Origin: Bdellovibrionales bacterium
Lineage (GTDB): Bacteria > Bdellovibrionota > Bdellovibrionia > Bdellovibrionales > UBA1609
Assembly: GCA_963692945.1 (NCBI GenBank)
Contig: OY843585.1
Span: 510,001-542,000, forward strand
Direction of reading: 5' to 3'
Length of the DNA: 32,000 bases
Shown here: positions 9,434-18,838 of the stretch, piece after piece
Layout of the letters: the number at the start of each line of letters is the position of its first letter
How positions within the stretch are numbered: the stretch's first letter is position 1
Translations under genes and position numbers: made by a program
Notes under the pieces: model-generated
Told to the model about the DNA's origin: nothing
Seen by the model: only the letters and a program-made list of their open reading frames with translations
The model's database searches: none

Positions 9434-11236
9434 ATGTTGGATATGGAAGCAAAGAAAAAAGTAAAATCTGATGTTCTAGCAAGTTTAGATGCTGGAGATA
9501 AAGAAATACCTGCGAACCCAGGTTGGTCATCATTAGATGAGTCTCATGGAAATACAGAGTTTGAAAAACTATTTAATGACAATATAGTTAATAAGGAATT
9601 TAAAGTTGGTGATATTGTAAAAGGTAAAATTGTTCAAGTTCGGGACGATTTTGTTGTTGTTGATATCAATTATAAAAGTGAAAGTATTATCCCTAAGTCA
9701 GAATTCCGATCTTTGAAAGATCAAAAAGAAGTTCAGGTTGGTCAAGAAGTAGAAGTTTGTATTGATCAAATTGAGAACGAAAATGGAATCATTGTATTAT
9801 CTAAAGATAAGGCTGATATTAAAAAGGCTTGGCAAGATATTATTAAGGCGACTGAAAACAATGAGACGGTACAAGGTTTAGTTATTGCTCAAGTTAAAGG
9901 TGGTTTAAGTGTTGATATTGGTGTTCGTGCCTTTTTACCAGGTAGTCAATTGGATGTTCGTCCTGTTAGAAATATAAAAGCTTATATTGGTCAGACTTAT
10001 GATTTTAAAGTGATTAAAGTGAATCAAAAAAGAGGGAATATTGTCCTTTCTAGAAAAGTTATTTTAGAAAAAGAGAAAGAAAATCTTCCTAAGGTTAAAG
10101 AATTGCAGGAAGGTTCTATTGTAAAAGGGATTGTAAAAAATATCACAGATTATGGAGCTTTTGTTGATTTAGGGGAGATAGATGGACTTCTTCATATTAC
10201 GGATATGAGTTGGTCTCGTGTGGAACATCCTTCTTCCATATTGAAAGTTGGAGAAGAACTGAATTTAAAAATATTAAAAGTAGATACAGAGAAAAATCGT
10301 ATCAGTTTAGGTTTGAAACAATTGGATGAATCCAAATGGACAGATGCTATTAGTAAATATGAAGTAGGTTCTGTTTTACAAGGTAAGGTTTCTAGTCTTG
10401 TAGATTACGGGGCTTTTGTTACTCTTGAAGATGGTTTAGAAGGTTTAGTTCATATCAATGAACTATCTTGGACTAAAAAGATCAAAAATGCTTCACAGGC
10501 TTTAAAATTAGGAGAAGAAATTACAGTTAAAATTATAGATATACAAAAAGATAACCACAAATTAAGTTTGAGTATTAAACAAGCTATGGATAATCCATGG
10601 AATAAAATTTTAGAAAAGTATAAAGTGGGTCAAGAAATGGAAATTCCAATAGTATCCATAAATGATTTTGGGCTTTTTGTGAAAATTGATGAAGATATTG
10701 ATGGTTTAATTCATGTCTCTGATCTTTCTTGGACAGAAATTATAAACCCGTTTGAAAAGTATAAGATAGGAAATGTTGTTAAAGTTAAAGTTTTAGATAT
10801 TAACCCTAATGAAGAGAAGTTTAGTTTAGGTATTAAGCAATTAGAGAAAAACCCTTGGAGTGTTGTTGAAGAACAATATCCTGTGGGTTCTCGTCATGAG
10901 GTAGAGGTGACTCGCATTGTAGATTTTGGTGTTTTTGTAAAACTCCAACAAGATATAGAAGGGTTGATACATATTAGTGAGTTGAGCAAAAAAAGAGTTA
11001 ATAAACCTCAGGATGTTGTTAAAGTCGGAGACAAAGTAACTGCTGAGATATTAAATATTGACCAAGATTCTAAAAAAATTGGATTAAGCCTTCGTGTTGT
11101 CAAATCAGAGGATGATCTCAAAGACACTTCTAAGAAGAAAAGTAGCAGTGGTTTTATGGAAAATATTTTTGCTAAAGCTTTAAGAAAGTCTATAAATTCT
11201 GATGAGGACAAATCTTTAGAAGATAAGAAAGAATAA
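9434..11236 (+). CDS. rpsA: 30S ribosomal protein S1
   Basis: 600 aa with six recurrent S1-domain units (G.IV.G.V....YGAFV.L...DGLLHI.D.SW type). Acidic/basic C-terminal tail. Start could be ATG 9434 or 9443. Confidence 0.95.
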   Translation: MLDMEAKKKVKSDVLASLDAGDKEIPANPGWSSLDESHGNTEFEKLFNDNIVNKEFKVGDIVKGKIVQVRDDFVVVDINYKSESIIPKSEFRSLKDQKEVQVGQEVEVCIDQIENENGIIVLSKDKADIKKAWQDIIKATENNETVQGLVIAQVKGGLSVDIGVRAFLPGSQLDVRPVRNIKAYIGQTYDFKVIKVNQKRGNIVLSRKVILEKEKENLPKVKELQEGSIVKGIVKNITDYGAFVDLGEIDGLLHITDMSWSRVEHPSSILKVGEELNLKILKVDTEKNRISLGLKQLDESKWTDAISKYEVGSVLQGKVSSLVDYGAFVTLEDGLEGLVHINELSWTKKIKNASQALKLGEEITVKIIDIQKDNHKLSLSIKQAMDNPWNKILEKYKVGQEMEIPIVSINDFGLFVKIDEDIDGLIHVSDLSWTEIINPFEKYKIGNVVKVKVLDINPNEEKFSLGIKQLEKNPWSVVEEQYPVGSRHEVEVTRIVDFGVFVKLQQDIEGLIHISELSKKRVNKPQDVVKVGDKVTAEILNIDQDSKKIGLSLRVVKSEDDLKDTSKKKSSSGFMENIFAKALRKSINSDEDKSLEDKKE

Positions 11237-11280
11237 ATTTCAAGTGATAATTTTTTTCAAAGAATTACAAAAGGTGTAAA

Positions 11281-12186
11281 GTGTATTTATTTAAATTTTC
11301 TTTCCTAAGTTTAGTTATTTTCTTTTTAACGGCTTGCTTTAATTTGTATGGGACTAAAAAGAAAGTTAAAACCAATTCTATTTTATTTTTAGAGATCAAA
11401 GGAATTATTACAAGTGCCACTTCTGAAAAATTTATGGAGTATGTAAGAGAGTATGTGAGTAAAGAATCTATCAAAGGTGTTTTGATTCGTGTGAATTCTC
11501 CAGGTGGAACTGTAGGTGCTAGTCAGGAAATCAACACCACTATAAAAGAAATCAAAGATTATTATAAGAAACCTGTGATTGTTAGTGGAGGGGATGTTGT
11601 AGCAAGTGGAGGAGTTTATTCCATTATGTCAGCCGATCAAATTTTAATCAGTCCAGGAACATTATTTGGATCTATTGGTGTTTTGATGCAATTTCAAAAT
11701 TTAAGTGAATTGGCTCGTTGGGCGAAAATAGAAGTTTATGCTTTAAAATCGGGAGAATTTAAAGATGGTGGTAATCCCTTTAGAGAAATGACTTTAAGGG
11801 AAAGAGAGTTATTTGAGAACACTTTAGATACGGTTTTGGACCAGTTTAAAGATGCTATTATAAAAGGTCGTAATTTAGATGAAAAGATGGTAGATCGTGT
11901 GGCTGATGGTCGTGTTATGACAGGAGAAGAGGCTTTAGAATTAGGTTTAGTTGATAAAATTGGGTCTTTTAATGAGGCTGTAAAAGTGATCGGAAAATTA
12001 TCTGGCTTAGGGTCTGAACCTGTTTTATTTTCTCCTTCTACTGAAAGTCCTTTTTCAAAATACTTTGGAAGTTCTTCTTCTAATACACAGTCTTTTTTAC
12101 AAAAAGCCATTAGTAAATTTTTTACTTTAAGTAGTATTTCTGGTCAGCCTCTTTATATTTTACCTTCCTATCTTGCTCCTCAATAA
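11281..12186 (+). CDS. sppA: signal peptide peptidase SppA (36K type), probable lipoprotein
   Basis: 301 aa with a GTG start. Lipobox-like FFLTAC. Motifs NSPGGTV, VASGGVYSIMSAD, GSIGV. Confidence 0.85.
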   Translation: MYLFKFSFLSLVIFFLTACFNLYGTKKKVKTNSILFLEIKGIITSATSEKFMEYVREYVSKESIKGVLIRVNSPGGTVGASQEINTTIKEIKDYYKKPVIVSGGDVVASGGVYSIMSADQILISPGTLFGSIGVLMQFQNLSELARWAKIEVYALKSGEFKDGGNPFREMTLRERELFENTLDTVLDQFKDAIIKGRNLDEKMVDRVADGRVMTGEEALELGLVDKIGSFNEAVKVIGKLSGLGSEPVLFSPSTESPFSKYFGSSSSNTQSFLQKAISKFFTLSSISGQPLYILPSYLAPQ

Positions 12187-12205
12187 AACCTAAATAATAA
12201 AAGGT

Positions 12206-12949
12206 ATGCGATACTACACCACTTCTTTTACCAATTATGAAATGACTTCTTGTGTGAAACGTCTTATCACTATAAATATCGCTGTTTGGTTTTTCCTCGT
12301 TGTTGTTTTTCAAAAACATTTTATAGATAGCCCTCTTGTTTTTAAATACTTGGGGTTAAATATAAATTTTATTTTATCGGATTATTATTTTTGGCAGTTT
12401 TTAACTTATAGTTTTGTTCATTCCAATGGAATTTTTCATATTCTCTTTAATATGTTTATTTTGTGGATGTTTGGTTCTGAGTTAGAAAAACTTTGGGGTT
12501 CTAAGTTTTTTCTTCTCTATTATATCTCTTGTGGTCTTGGAGCTGCTTTTATTTATTTAATTTGTACTTTGATTTATGTTTTAGGTTTTGATGGAGATAT
12601 AACTGTTTTAAGCAAACCTGTTATTGGAGCTTCTGGTGCTATTTTTGGTCTTTTATATGCTTATGGTTTTATCTACAGCGAAAGAATCATTTACTTGATG
12701 ATGGTTTTTCCTATCAAGGCTCGACATTTTGTTCTTTTAATTGCTGCTATAGAGCTTGTGAGTCTTTTAAACAGTGGTTTTGGTAGTCCTATAGCCAATT
12801 TGGCACATTTAGGTGGTATTGTTTCAGGTGTCGTTTTCCTAAATTTCTGGAAAATTATACAAAAGATAACGATTCGGAGATGGAGAAAATTAAAAGGAAC
12901 AGTCCATTTGAAAATTTTAAAAAATGATGGTAAAGATAGTTTTCATTAA
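12206..12949 (+). CDS. rhomboid-family intramembrane serine protease
   Basis: 247 aa, polytopic. HILFN (HxxxN), catalytic GASGAIFGLL (Ser) and AHLGGIVSG (His). Confidence 0.85.
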   Translation: MRYYTTSFTNYEMTSCVKRLITINIAVWFFLVVVFQKHFIDSPLVFKYLGLNINFILSDYYFWQFLTYSFVHSNGIFHILFNMFILWMFGSELEKLWGSKFFLLYYISCGLGAAFIYLICTLIYVLGFDGDITVLSKPVIGASGAIFGLLYAYGFIYSERIIYLMMVFPIKARHFVLLIAAIELVSLLNSGFGSPIANLAHLGGIVSGVVFLNFWKIIQKITIRRWRKLKGTVHLKILKNDGKDSFH

Positions 12950-12960
12950 GGAGGTGATTT

Positions 12961-13149
12961 ATGTCTGATTTATCTTTAAAAAAATTAAAATTTGATAAGC
13001 GTATGGTTAAATGGAATATGAGACAAAAACTTTTAACAGAGGATGAATATAAAAACCATTTGGGAAACTTAGAAGATGTTTCTGATTTGAAAAATACAGA
13101 AGAAATTAAATTCAGTTCTGAGGAATCCAAAGAAGAGCAAGAAAGCTAG
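12961..13149 (+). CDS. small acidic hypothetical protein (62 aa)
   Basis: Near-perfect Shine-Dalgarno AAGGAGGTGA at 12948-12957, with 6 nt between GGAGG and the ATG. Directly follows the rhomboid stop. No recognisable domain. Confidence 0.6.
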   Translation: MSDLSLKKLKFDKRMVKWNMRQKLLTEDEYKNHLGNLEDVSDLKNTEEIKFSSEESKEEQES

Positions 13150-13151
13150 AT

Positions 13152-13928
13152 TTATCTTCTTCTAGATCTTCTTTTCTCTTTTCTTCTCTTTCTTTTATTA
13201 CCGAGTTTTTTTCTGGCTATATAAGCTATAGCACCAAGAACGATAAGAATTAGAAATCCAAATTGAAATCCACTTAATCCAAAGAAAGAACCTTCTCTAT
13301 TACCATCACCTTCAAAGTTTTCGTCATCTAGAAGATCTTCCATGTAAGAGCTGACAGAACCTAAACTTTCTCCTGTCCCCAATGCTTTCATTTTTGAGAT
13401 GGCTTTTTTAACATTTAATACTCTTAAACTATTGATGGATTTCAAAAAATCACTGGCATATTTCGTGTAATGATTTGTATGAGCACTGTAAGTGACTAAA
13501 ATGGCTAATTTTGAAGGGTCATTTTTACAACAAGTTGTTACGACATACCTTGTGTAATAAGATGGGATTTCACTTTCTTTGTGAAAACTATCAACCCAGG
13601 GTTGGTTGTTGATAAAAACTTTTTTGGTATGAATAACTTTAGATTTAAAGGGTTGTTTTGCTCTTGTATAGCCCTCTCTAGGTTGCCTTAGAAAGTTTTC
13701 ATAAGCTTGAAAATTATCTAAACTGCCAGCTATTTTAGCAGTCAATATAATCATAGATTCTTTTTCTTGTTTACTGAGTGTGCTATGACAGACCCAATCT
13801 GTTCCAAAAGATTTACATTTCCAGTTTTCTGGGATTTCAAAGCTGACATAGGATGTATTAAAAATTTTCCCATAGGATGCGTGACCCATGGTCATCAATA
13901 AAATTATAACGGCTAATTGTCTTATCAT
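13152..13928 (-). CDS. secreted hypothetical protein with a C-terminal TM helix and polybasic tail
   Basis: 258 aa. Signal peptide MIRQLAVIILLMTMGHASYG. Gly/Ser-rich linker, then FGFLILIVLGAIAYIA, then a tail RKKLGNKRKRRKEKRRSRRR in which 15 of the last 20 residues are K/R. Confidence 0.7.
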   Translation of the reverse strand: MIRQLAVIILLMTMGHASYGKIFNTSYVSFEIPENWKCKSFGTDWVCHSTLSKQEKESMIILTAKIAGSLDNFQAYENFLRQPREGYTRAKQPFKSKVIHTKKVFINNQPWVDSFHKESEIPSYYTRYVVTTCCKNDPSKLAILVTYSAHTNHYTKYASDFLKSINSLRVLNVKKAISKMKALGTGESLGSVSSYMEDLLDDENFEGDGNREGSFFGLSGFQFGFLILIVLGAIAYIARKKLGNKRKRRKEKRRSRRR

Positions 13929-14046
13929 AAGATTTTTCCTTATTGTTAAATTATAATCTTAAAAAAATGTAAAATAAAGAATTTTTATAGAAAAATTTTA
14001 CTATTTTTAAATTTTATGGTTATATAGGCCTTGTATTCTAATTTTC

Positions 14047-14976
14047 ATGGAGGGATGGATAGCTTTGGACAGTCAGAATCTTAAAACTTTTTGTACAGTT
14101 GTTTCAGAAGGAAGTATGACAGCAGCGGCTTCTAAGCTAGAAATCACACAACCTGCTGTTAGTCAGCAAATCAGACAATTGGAAAAAAATTTTGGGACTA
14201 AACTTCTTGTTAGAAATGCCCGCAAAGTAAGGCCTACTATACAAGGTCAAATACTCTATGAAAATTCAAATAAAGTATTGAATATAATTCAGCAAACTAA
14301 ACACTCTATTCAATCTATTTCCTTAGATGTGAAGGAGGAAAAATTAGTCGTATCTACTTTAAACTCTCTAGGTCTTTATTTAATATCCCCTGTTATCAGC
14401 CATTTTCTTAAACCCAATAAAGCTTTGCAATTAACACTTTTTTATAGAAAAGGAGAAGATGTTATTAAGAAAATGCAACGGAATGAAGTGGATGTTGTTA
14501 TTGTGCCTGATCTTAAAAAAGAATATGGGAAAGATTTTCCTCAATATAGAAAAGTGCATTTATTTAAAGATACTATGCATTTTGTTGGTTCAGGAAAGGA
14601 TATGTCTCTACCTAAGTCCTTAATGTTCAAAGACCTTAAAAACTTTAGATTAGTGAAAGTGAAAGATCATTTTCCAGCATTCAACAATTTATTTATACAA
14701 AAACTGCGTAGCAATCATATCAATTTAGAACCTATTTTTGAGTGTGACAATGTAGGAACTGTTAAACGAGTGATTGAATCTTCATTAGGTTGTGGTTTTT
14801 TACCTGCTCATAGTGTTCGCAAACAATTACGACTAGGACGTCTTGTAAGCATTGCTATTGAAGATTTTGATTATTCTGTAGATATTAACTTGTATTACAG
14901 AGCCGATAGAACAAATGAAAAACTGGTTCAAATATTAACTTCGCTTATTAACCAACAAGCTAGAAATACTTTTTAA
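14047..14976 (+). CDS. LysR-family transcriptional regulator
   Basis: 309 aa. N-terminal wHTH LKTFCTVVSEGSMTAAASKLEITQPAVSQQIRQLEKNFGTKLLVRN. Divergent from 13152-13928. The stop overlaps the ppsR stop in a shared TTAA. Confidence 0.9.
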   Translation: MEGWIALDSQNLKTFCTVVSEGSMTAAASKLEITQPAVSQQIRQLEKNFGTKLLVRNARKVRPTIQGQILYENSNKVLNIIQQTKHSIQSISLDVKEEKLVVSTLNSLGLYLISPVISHFLKPNKALQLTLFYRKGEDVIKKMQRNEVDVVIVPDLKKEYGKDFPQYRKVHLFKDTMHFVGSGKDMSLPKSLMFKDLKNFRLVKVKDHFPAFNNLFIQKLRSNHINLEPIFECDNVGTVKRVIESSLGCGFLPAHSVRKQLRLGRLVSIAIEDFDYSVDINLYYRADRTNEKLVQILTSLINQQARNTF

Positions 14977-15827
14977 AGTATTTTAAAAGGTAATTTCATA
15001 CGAGCAGAAACAATACGAACAATTTCTCCAGCTGTTTCTTCTAAAGCTCTTTCTGTCACATTGATAATAGGCCATCTTTGTTTTTGAAAGAGAGTTTGTA
15101 TTTCTGTGACTTCCCAATAAACCTTATCTTTATCTGCATAGTTGCCTCCAGGATCATAACCAAATCTTTCAAGACGATTCTTTCTAATTTTAAGTAGATA
15201 ATCAGGGTTAATTGTAAGTGCTACTATTTTTTTTTGGTTCACTTTAAAAAGATTTTCTGGAGGAGGGATATTATAGAACAAAGGAATATTTGCAACTTTC
15301 CAACCTTTATTACTTAGAAAAAGAGAGAGAGGAGTTTTACTTGTTCGGCTAACACCTACAAGAATAATATCAGCATCTTCTAAATTATTTGTTAATTGAC
15401 CATCATCATGTTTTAGGAAAAAATCCATTGCTTCAATTCGTTTGAAGTAATCTTCATTGACTTCTCTTAAAATACCGGCTTGCTTTTCTTTACTCTGTAA
15501 AGTTTTATCTAAAATCTCTATGAGTTCTTCAAGAAGATCAACTCCTCTTACTTTATGTTTTTTACATAAACTTTTAATCACTTTTCGGGCTTCAGGCATA
15601 ATCAAAGTATAGACAATCAAAGTGGTTTTATTTTTCTCTTTAGTCAGTTTTTCAAAGATGCTTTCCATTTGTTCTTTAGTTTTTATATTTCTGTATTTTG
15701 AAATATGGACATGATTTTCATATTCATATTGGATGAGGACAGATTTTAATACAGCAAGAGCTGTTTCTCCTGTTCCATCAGAAAGTAACTCTATATTAAG
15801 GTTTATTTTTGAATTTTCTTCAGACAT
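14973..15827 (-). CDS. ppsR: PEP synthetase / pyruvate phosphate dikinase regulatory kinase-phosphorylase (DUF299 family)
   Basis: 284 aa. ILVGVSRTSKTPLSLFLSNKGWKVANIPL matches the family P-loop region. Confidence 0.8.
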   Translation of the reverse strand: MSEENSKINLNIELLSDGTGETALAVLKSVLIQYEYENHVHISKYRNIKTKEQMESIFEKLTKEKNKTTLIVYTLIMPEARKVIKSLCKKHKVRGVDLLEELIEILDKTLQSKEKQAGILREVNEDYFKRIEAMDFFLKHDDGQLTNNLEDADIILVGVSRTSKTPLSLFLSNKGWKVANIPLFYNIPPPENLFKVNQKKIVALTINPDYLLKIRKNRLERFGYDPGGNYADKDKVYWEVTEIQTLFQKQRWPIINVTERALEETAGEIVRIVSARMKLPFKIL

Positions 15828-15835
15828 TTTGCTCT

Positions 15836-16216
15836 CTATAAGTTATATTGTTTTAAATAGCTTAGATTGTAAATTAAATCCTTTTTCGGCCAATCTTTTT
15901 CTATGTCATCTTGAGTTTCATTTTTTCTTAAAAAGATTCTCATAGAAGGTTTTTTTAAATTGATCCAATGTTTGTGAATTTCTTGAATCCAAGATATTTT
16001 TTGAATGGGAATACACAAGACGGCTTTGTTTGGAAAAAACTTTTCCGTGGTTATCATTAAAGGGTTAGAAATTTTTATAGGAGAATGAATGGTTTGTAGA
16101 AGGAATTGAGTTTGCCAGTTTATTTTTTTAAACCAAAAGCTTGTAGGTTCAAAAGGCAAAACCCAAAGGTCAGAACCTGCAACAAAGGCTTGATGATAAG
16201 TTAATTGTTTAAACAT
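15836..16216 (-). CDS. hypothetical protein (126 aa)
   Basis: Fills the gap between nusB and ppsR on the same strand (9-nt and 8-nt spacers). No domain recognised. Confidence 0.55.
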   Translation of the reverse strand: MFKQLTYHQAFVAGSDLWVLPFEPTSFWFKKINWQTQFLLQTIHSPIKISNPLMITTEKFFPNKAVLCIPIQKISWIQEIHKHWINLKKPSMRIFLRKNETQDDIEKDWPKKDLIYNLSYLKQYNL

Positions 16217-16225
16217 GATTTTAAA

Positions 16226-16687
16226 TTAGATTTTTTTTTCAGTTTTGTCTAGATTTTGATGGCTTAGACTATGTTTTTCTAACACTTTATTAAGTATTCC
16301 ATTGATAAAAGAGGTCGAATCTTCTGATCCAAAAATTTTGGATAGTTCTAAAGCTTCGTTGATAGAAACTTTATTTGGAATCTCAGGATAATGGAGTATT
16401 TCTAAAATAGCGATTCTCATTATGTTGAGATCAATCAGTGAGATTCTTTCTATTTTCCAGTTTGTGCTATAAGTTGTGATGAGATTATCAATGGTCTCTT
16501 TATTTTTATAAAGGTCTCTTAAAATTTTTACGCTGTAACTCAGTTCTTCTTTAGAAACATCTTCTTGTTTATCAAAAAAATTACTGACTAAAGCGTTGAT
16601 TTGATCTTCTGAAGGGATTTGATGAAATTCATTTTGATATAAAATTTGTAAAGTGAGTTTTCTAGATTTTGTTCTTTGAATAGCCAT
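16226..16687 (-). CDS. nusB: transcription antitermination factor NusB
   Basis: 153 aa. SRKLTLQILYQ N terminus. ALELSKIFGSEDSTSFINGILNKV matches the conserved NusB C-terminal helix region. Confidence 0.9.
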   Translation of the reverse strand: MAIQRTKSRKLTLQILYQNEFHQIPSEDQINALVSNFFDKQEDVSKEELSYSVKILRDLYKNKETIDNLITTYSTNWKIERISLIDLNIMRIAILEILHYPEIPNKVSINEALELSKIFGSEDSTSFINGILNKVLEKHSLSHQNLDKTEKKI

Positions 16688-16728
16688 AAATGTTATTTAA
16701 TGTGATTCACCTGAAAAGTAAATTACAT

Positions 16729-17346
16729 TTAGAAACTAAATACAAATCCTACGCTTCCAAAGATTTCTAGGTACATTTTTAAATCATTAAATGGAACTTG
16801 CATCTTTAAGGTCAATTCTCCTGTTAAACCTAAATTGTAATAAAGGTCTAAAAATCGTAGGCCTGTAAAAATTTGTGCATTGAAAGCAAGAGCTGGTAAG
16901 CTTTTAATGATATGTCTTGGAAAAACACCAAGACCAGCACCTACACCAACATAAAATGGAAAGCCACTACGGATATCAGGAAGGGTGAATCTTGGACTGA
17001 TTTCAATCACAGTTCCTCTGTGGGTTTCTAATTTTATGGATTGAACTCCTATTTGTAAGTTAAAATCTCCAACGGTAGGAATTTCTTTTATTCTTTGATT
17101 GAATCCAAGAATAAAAGAAGAAATAGGGAAAAGGACTTTCTCTTTGGTTTCTCTATAAAGTGAAGGCCCTATATACAAAGTAAGGTTACGAGGAGATCCT
17201 TTATGAGAGAAAAAATTAGGCTGTCGTTTAGAGAAATAATTTTTAAGAATGTATTTATATCCTGATTCTGTATGAGATGAAGTTGTTCCGTAGGTATTTG
17301 GTGAGAAGATTAAAAAAATAAGAAAAATAAAACTAAGAGATTTCAT
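16729..17346 (-). CDS. small outer-membrane beta-barrel protein (hypothetical)
   Basis: 205 aa. Signal peptide MKSLSFIFLIFLIFSPNTYG. Alternating amphipathic strands. C-terminal aromatic signature ...GSVGFVFSF. Confidence 0.6.
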   Translation of the reverse strand: MKSLSFIFLIFLIFSPNTYGTTSSHTESGYKYILKNYFSKRQPNFFSHKGSPRNLTLYIGPSLYRETKEKVLFPISSFILGFNQRIKEIPTVGDFNLQIGVQSIKLETHRGTVIEISPRFTLPDIRSGFPFYVGVGAGLGVFPRHIIKSLPALAFNAQIFTGLRFLDLYYNLGLTGELTLKMQVPFNDLKMYLEIFGSVGFVFSF

Positions 17347-17377
17347 ATCTTCATTATCAAAATTTTTAAAAATAACT

Positions 17378-18730
17378 TCAAGTAGAAATATCTGTGAACT
17401 CTATGCCTTGCCCTAAAAAGTCTTTAGATAAAACTTCATCTTCCCTAACTATAGGTTGACCGTAAAGAATTGTGACCATAGGCCAGCCTACAACAGACCA
17501 TCCTTCAAAAGGAGACCATGCACATTTACTGGCTAACCATTTGGATTCAATTTTTCTTTTGGCTTTTAAATCCACAATAGTGAAGTGAGCTTTGTAGCCA
17601 ACTTTAATTTGTCCCTGGTTTTTTATTTTAAATCTTTTAGCAGGATTATAAGCTAAAAGTTTTACAAGGGTTTTTAAATCTAATCTTTTTTGGTTTAGAT
17701 GATTGAGCATGAGAGGTAAAAGAGTTTGAGTGCCTGGCATACCAGCAGGGGATTGTGGATACGGTTTTTCTTTTTCTTCTTTTGTATGAGGGGCATGGTC
17801 TGACCCAATTGTATCCACTAAACCAGAAGTTACCGCTTTCCATAAAGCTTTTTGATGACTTTCATCTCTAATGGGAGGATTCATTTGAACATAGGATGCG
17901 TAACGATCATAGCAATCTGGAGCAGCAAGTGTTAAATGTTGAGGTGTAACTTCTATAGAAACTAAATCTTTATGATCTTTTAAAAATTCCATTTCTTCTT
18001 TTGTACTGATATGAAGGATATGGAGAGGGGTGTTGTATTTACGAGCCAATCCCACAATTCTTTTTGTAGAAATTAAGGCTGATTCAGGGTCTCTCCAAAC
18101 AGGATGATTGTGAGCTCTTAATGGTTTTTGTTCAGAGAGATGTTTTCTAGAGACCAATCGCTGTTCATCTTCGGAATGAATGGCTGTCATTCTATTTCTA
18201 TTTTTTAAGATAATATTTAAAGTTTCTTCATTATCAACAGCAAGGTTTCCTGTAGAGTTTCCGAGAAATAATTTAACTCCACAACAAAAGGGTCTGTTTT
18301 CTATTTCATTCAATTGAGAGGCATTGCCTTTACCAGCCCCTAGATAAAAAGCAAAATCACAGTGGCTTTTCTTTTGGGCAATTTGTATTTTATGATCTAA
18401 AGCTTCTCGGGTCATTGTTGCAGGGTTTGTATTTGGCATTTCAAAAACAGCTGTAATTCCTCCTTTGATAGCACTTAAAGTGCCATGTTGAATGTCTTCC
18501 TTGTATTCTAGTCCTGGCTCTCTAAAATGAACTTGGCTATCTATTAAACCTGGTAATACATGAAGGTTTGAACAATCTAGACTTTCAGCAGTTGAAGATT
18601 TAGAAAGAGAACCAATCTCTTTGATGTATCCGTCTTTAATACCTATATCTATTTGTTCTTCTATAATTTCTTTTGGATTTTGAGGGTGGTTTAGAAGACA
18701 AACTCCATTTTTTAAAACAAGATCAAACAT
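17378..18730 (-). CDS. pyrC: dihydroorotase (long, amidohydrolase type)
   Basis: 450 aa. LIDSQVHFREPG metal-binding HxH, SDHAPH, and a general cyclic-amidohydrolase layout. Allantoinase or dihydropyrimidinase cannot be fully excluded. Confidence 0.85.
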   Translation of the reverse strand: MFDLVLKNGVCLLNHPQNPKEIIEEQIDIGIKDGYIKEIGSLSKSSTAESLDCSNLHVLPGLIDSQVHFREPGLEYKEDIQHGTLSAIKGGITAVFEMPNTNPATMTREALDHKIQIAQKKSHCDFAFYLGAGKGNASQLNEIENRPFCCGVKLFLGNSTGNLAVDNEETLNIILKNRNRMTAIHSEDEQRLVSRKHLSEQKPLRAHNHPVWRDPESALISTKRIVGLARKYNTPLHILHISTKEEMEFLKDHKDLVSIEVTPQHLTLAAPDCYDRYASYVQMNPPIRDESHQKALWKAVTSGLVDTIGSDHAPHTKEEKEKPYPQSPAGMPGTQTLLPLMLNHLNQKRLDLKTLVKLLAYNPAKRFKIKNQGQIKVGYKAHFTIVDLKAKRKIESKWLASKCAWSPFEGWSVVGWPMVTILYGQPIVREDEVLSKDFLGQGIEFTDIST

Positions 18731-18782
18731 TACATCATTTTAATATCTATAGTTTAAGGGTCAAGAAAAGAAGTTTTTAGAT

Positions 18783-18812
18783 AAAAAAAAACCTGTGAGT
18801 TTCCCCACAGGT
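18783..18812 (-). terminator. rho-independent terminator of the porin gene
   Basis: 7-bp stem ACCTGTG (18791-18797) / CACAGGT (18806-18812) with an 8-nt loop. On the minus strand it is followed by a run of 8-9 T (plus-strand A run 18783-18791). Lies 27 nt after the porin stop. Confidence 0.75.
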
Positions 18813-18838
18813 TTTCTTGTAATTATATTGTTTTTTAA

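Noticed and set aside
14973-14976. Overlap of the convergent LysR and ppsR stop codons (shared TTAA)
   Set aside because: The overlap is real, but it is a trivial consequence of compact packing. No regulatory significance can be argued from the sequence.
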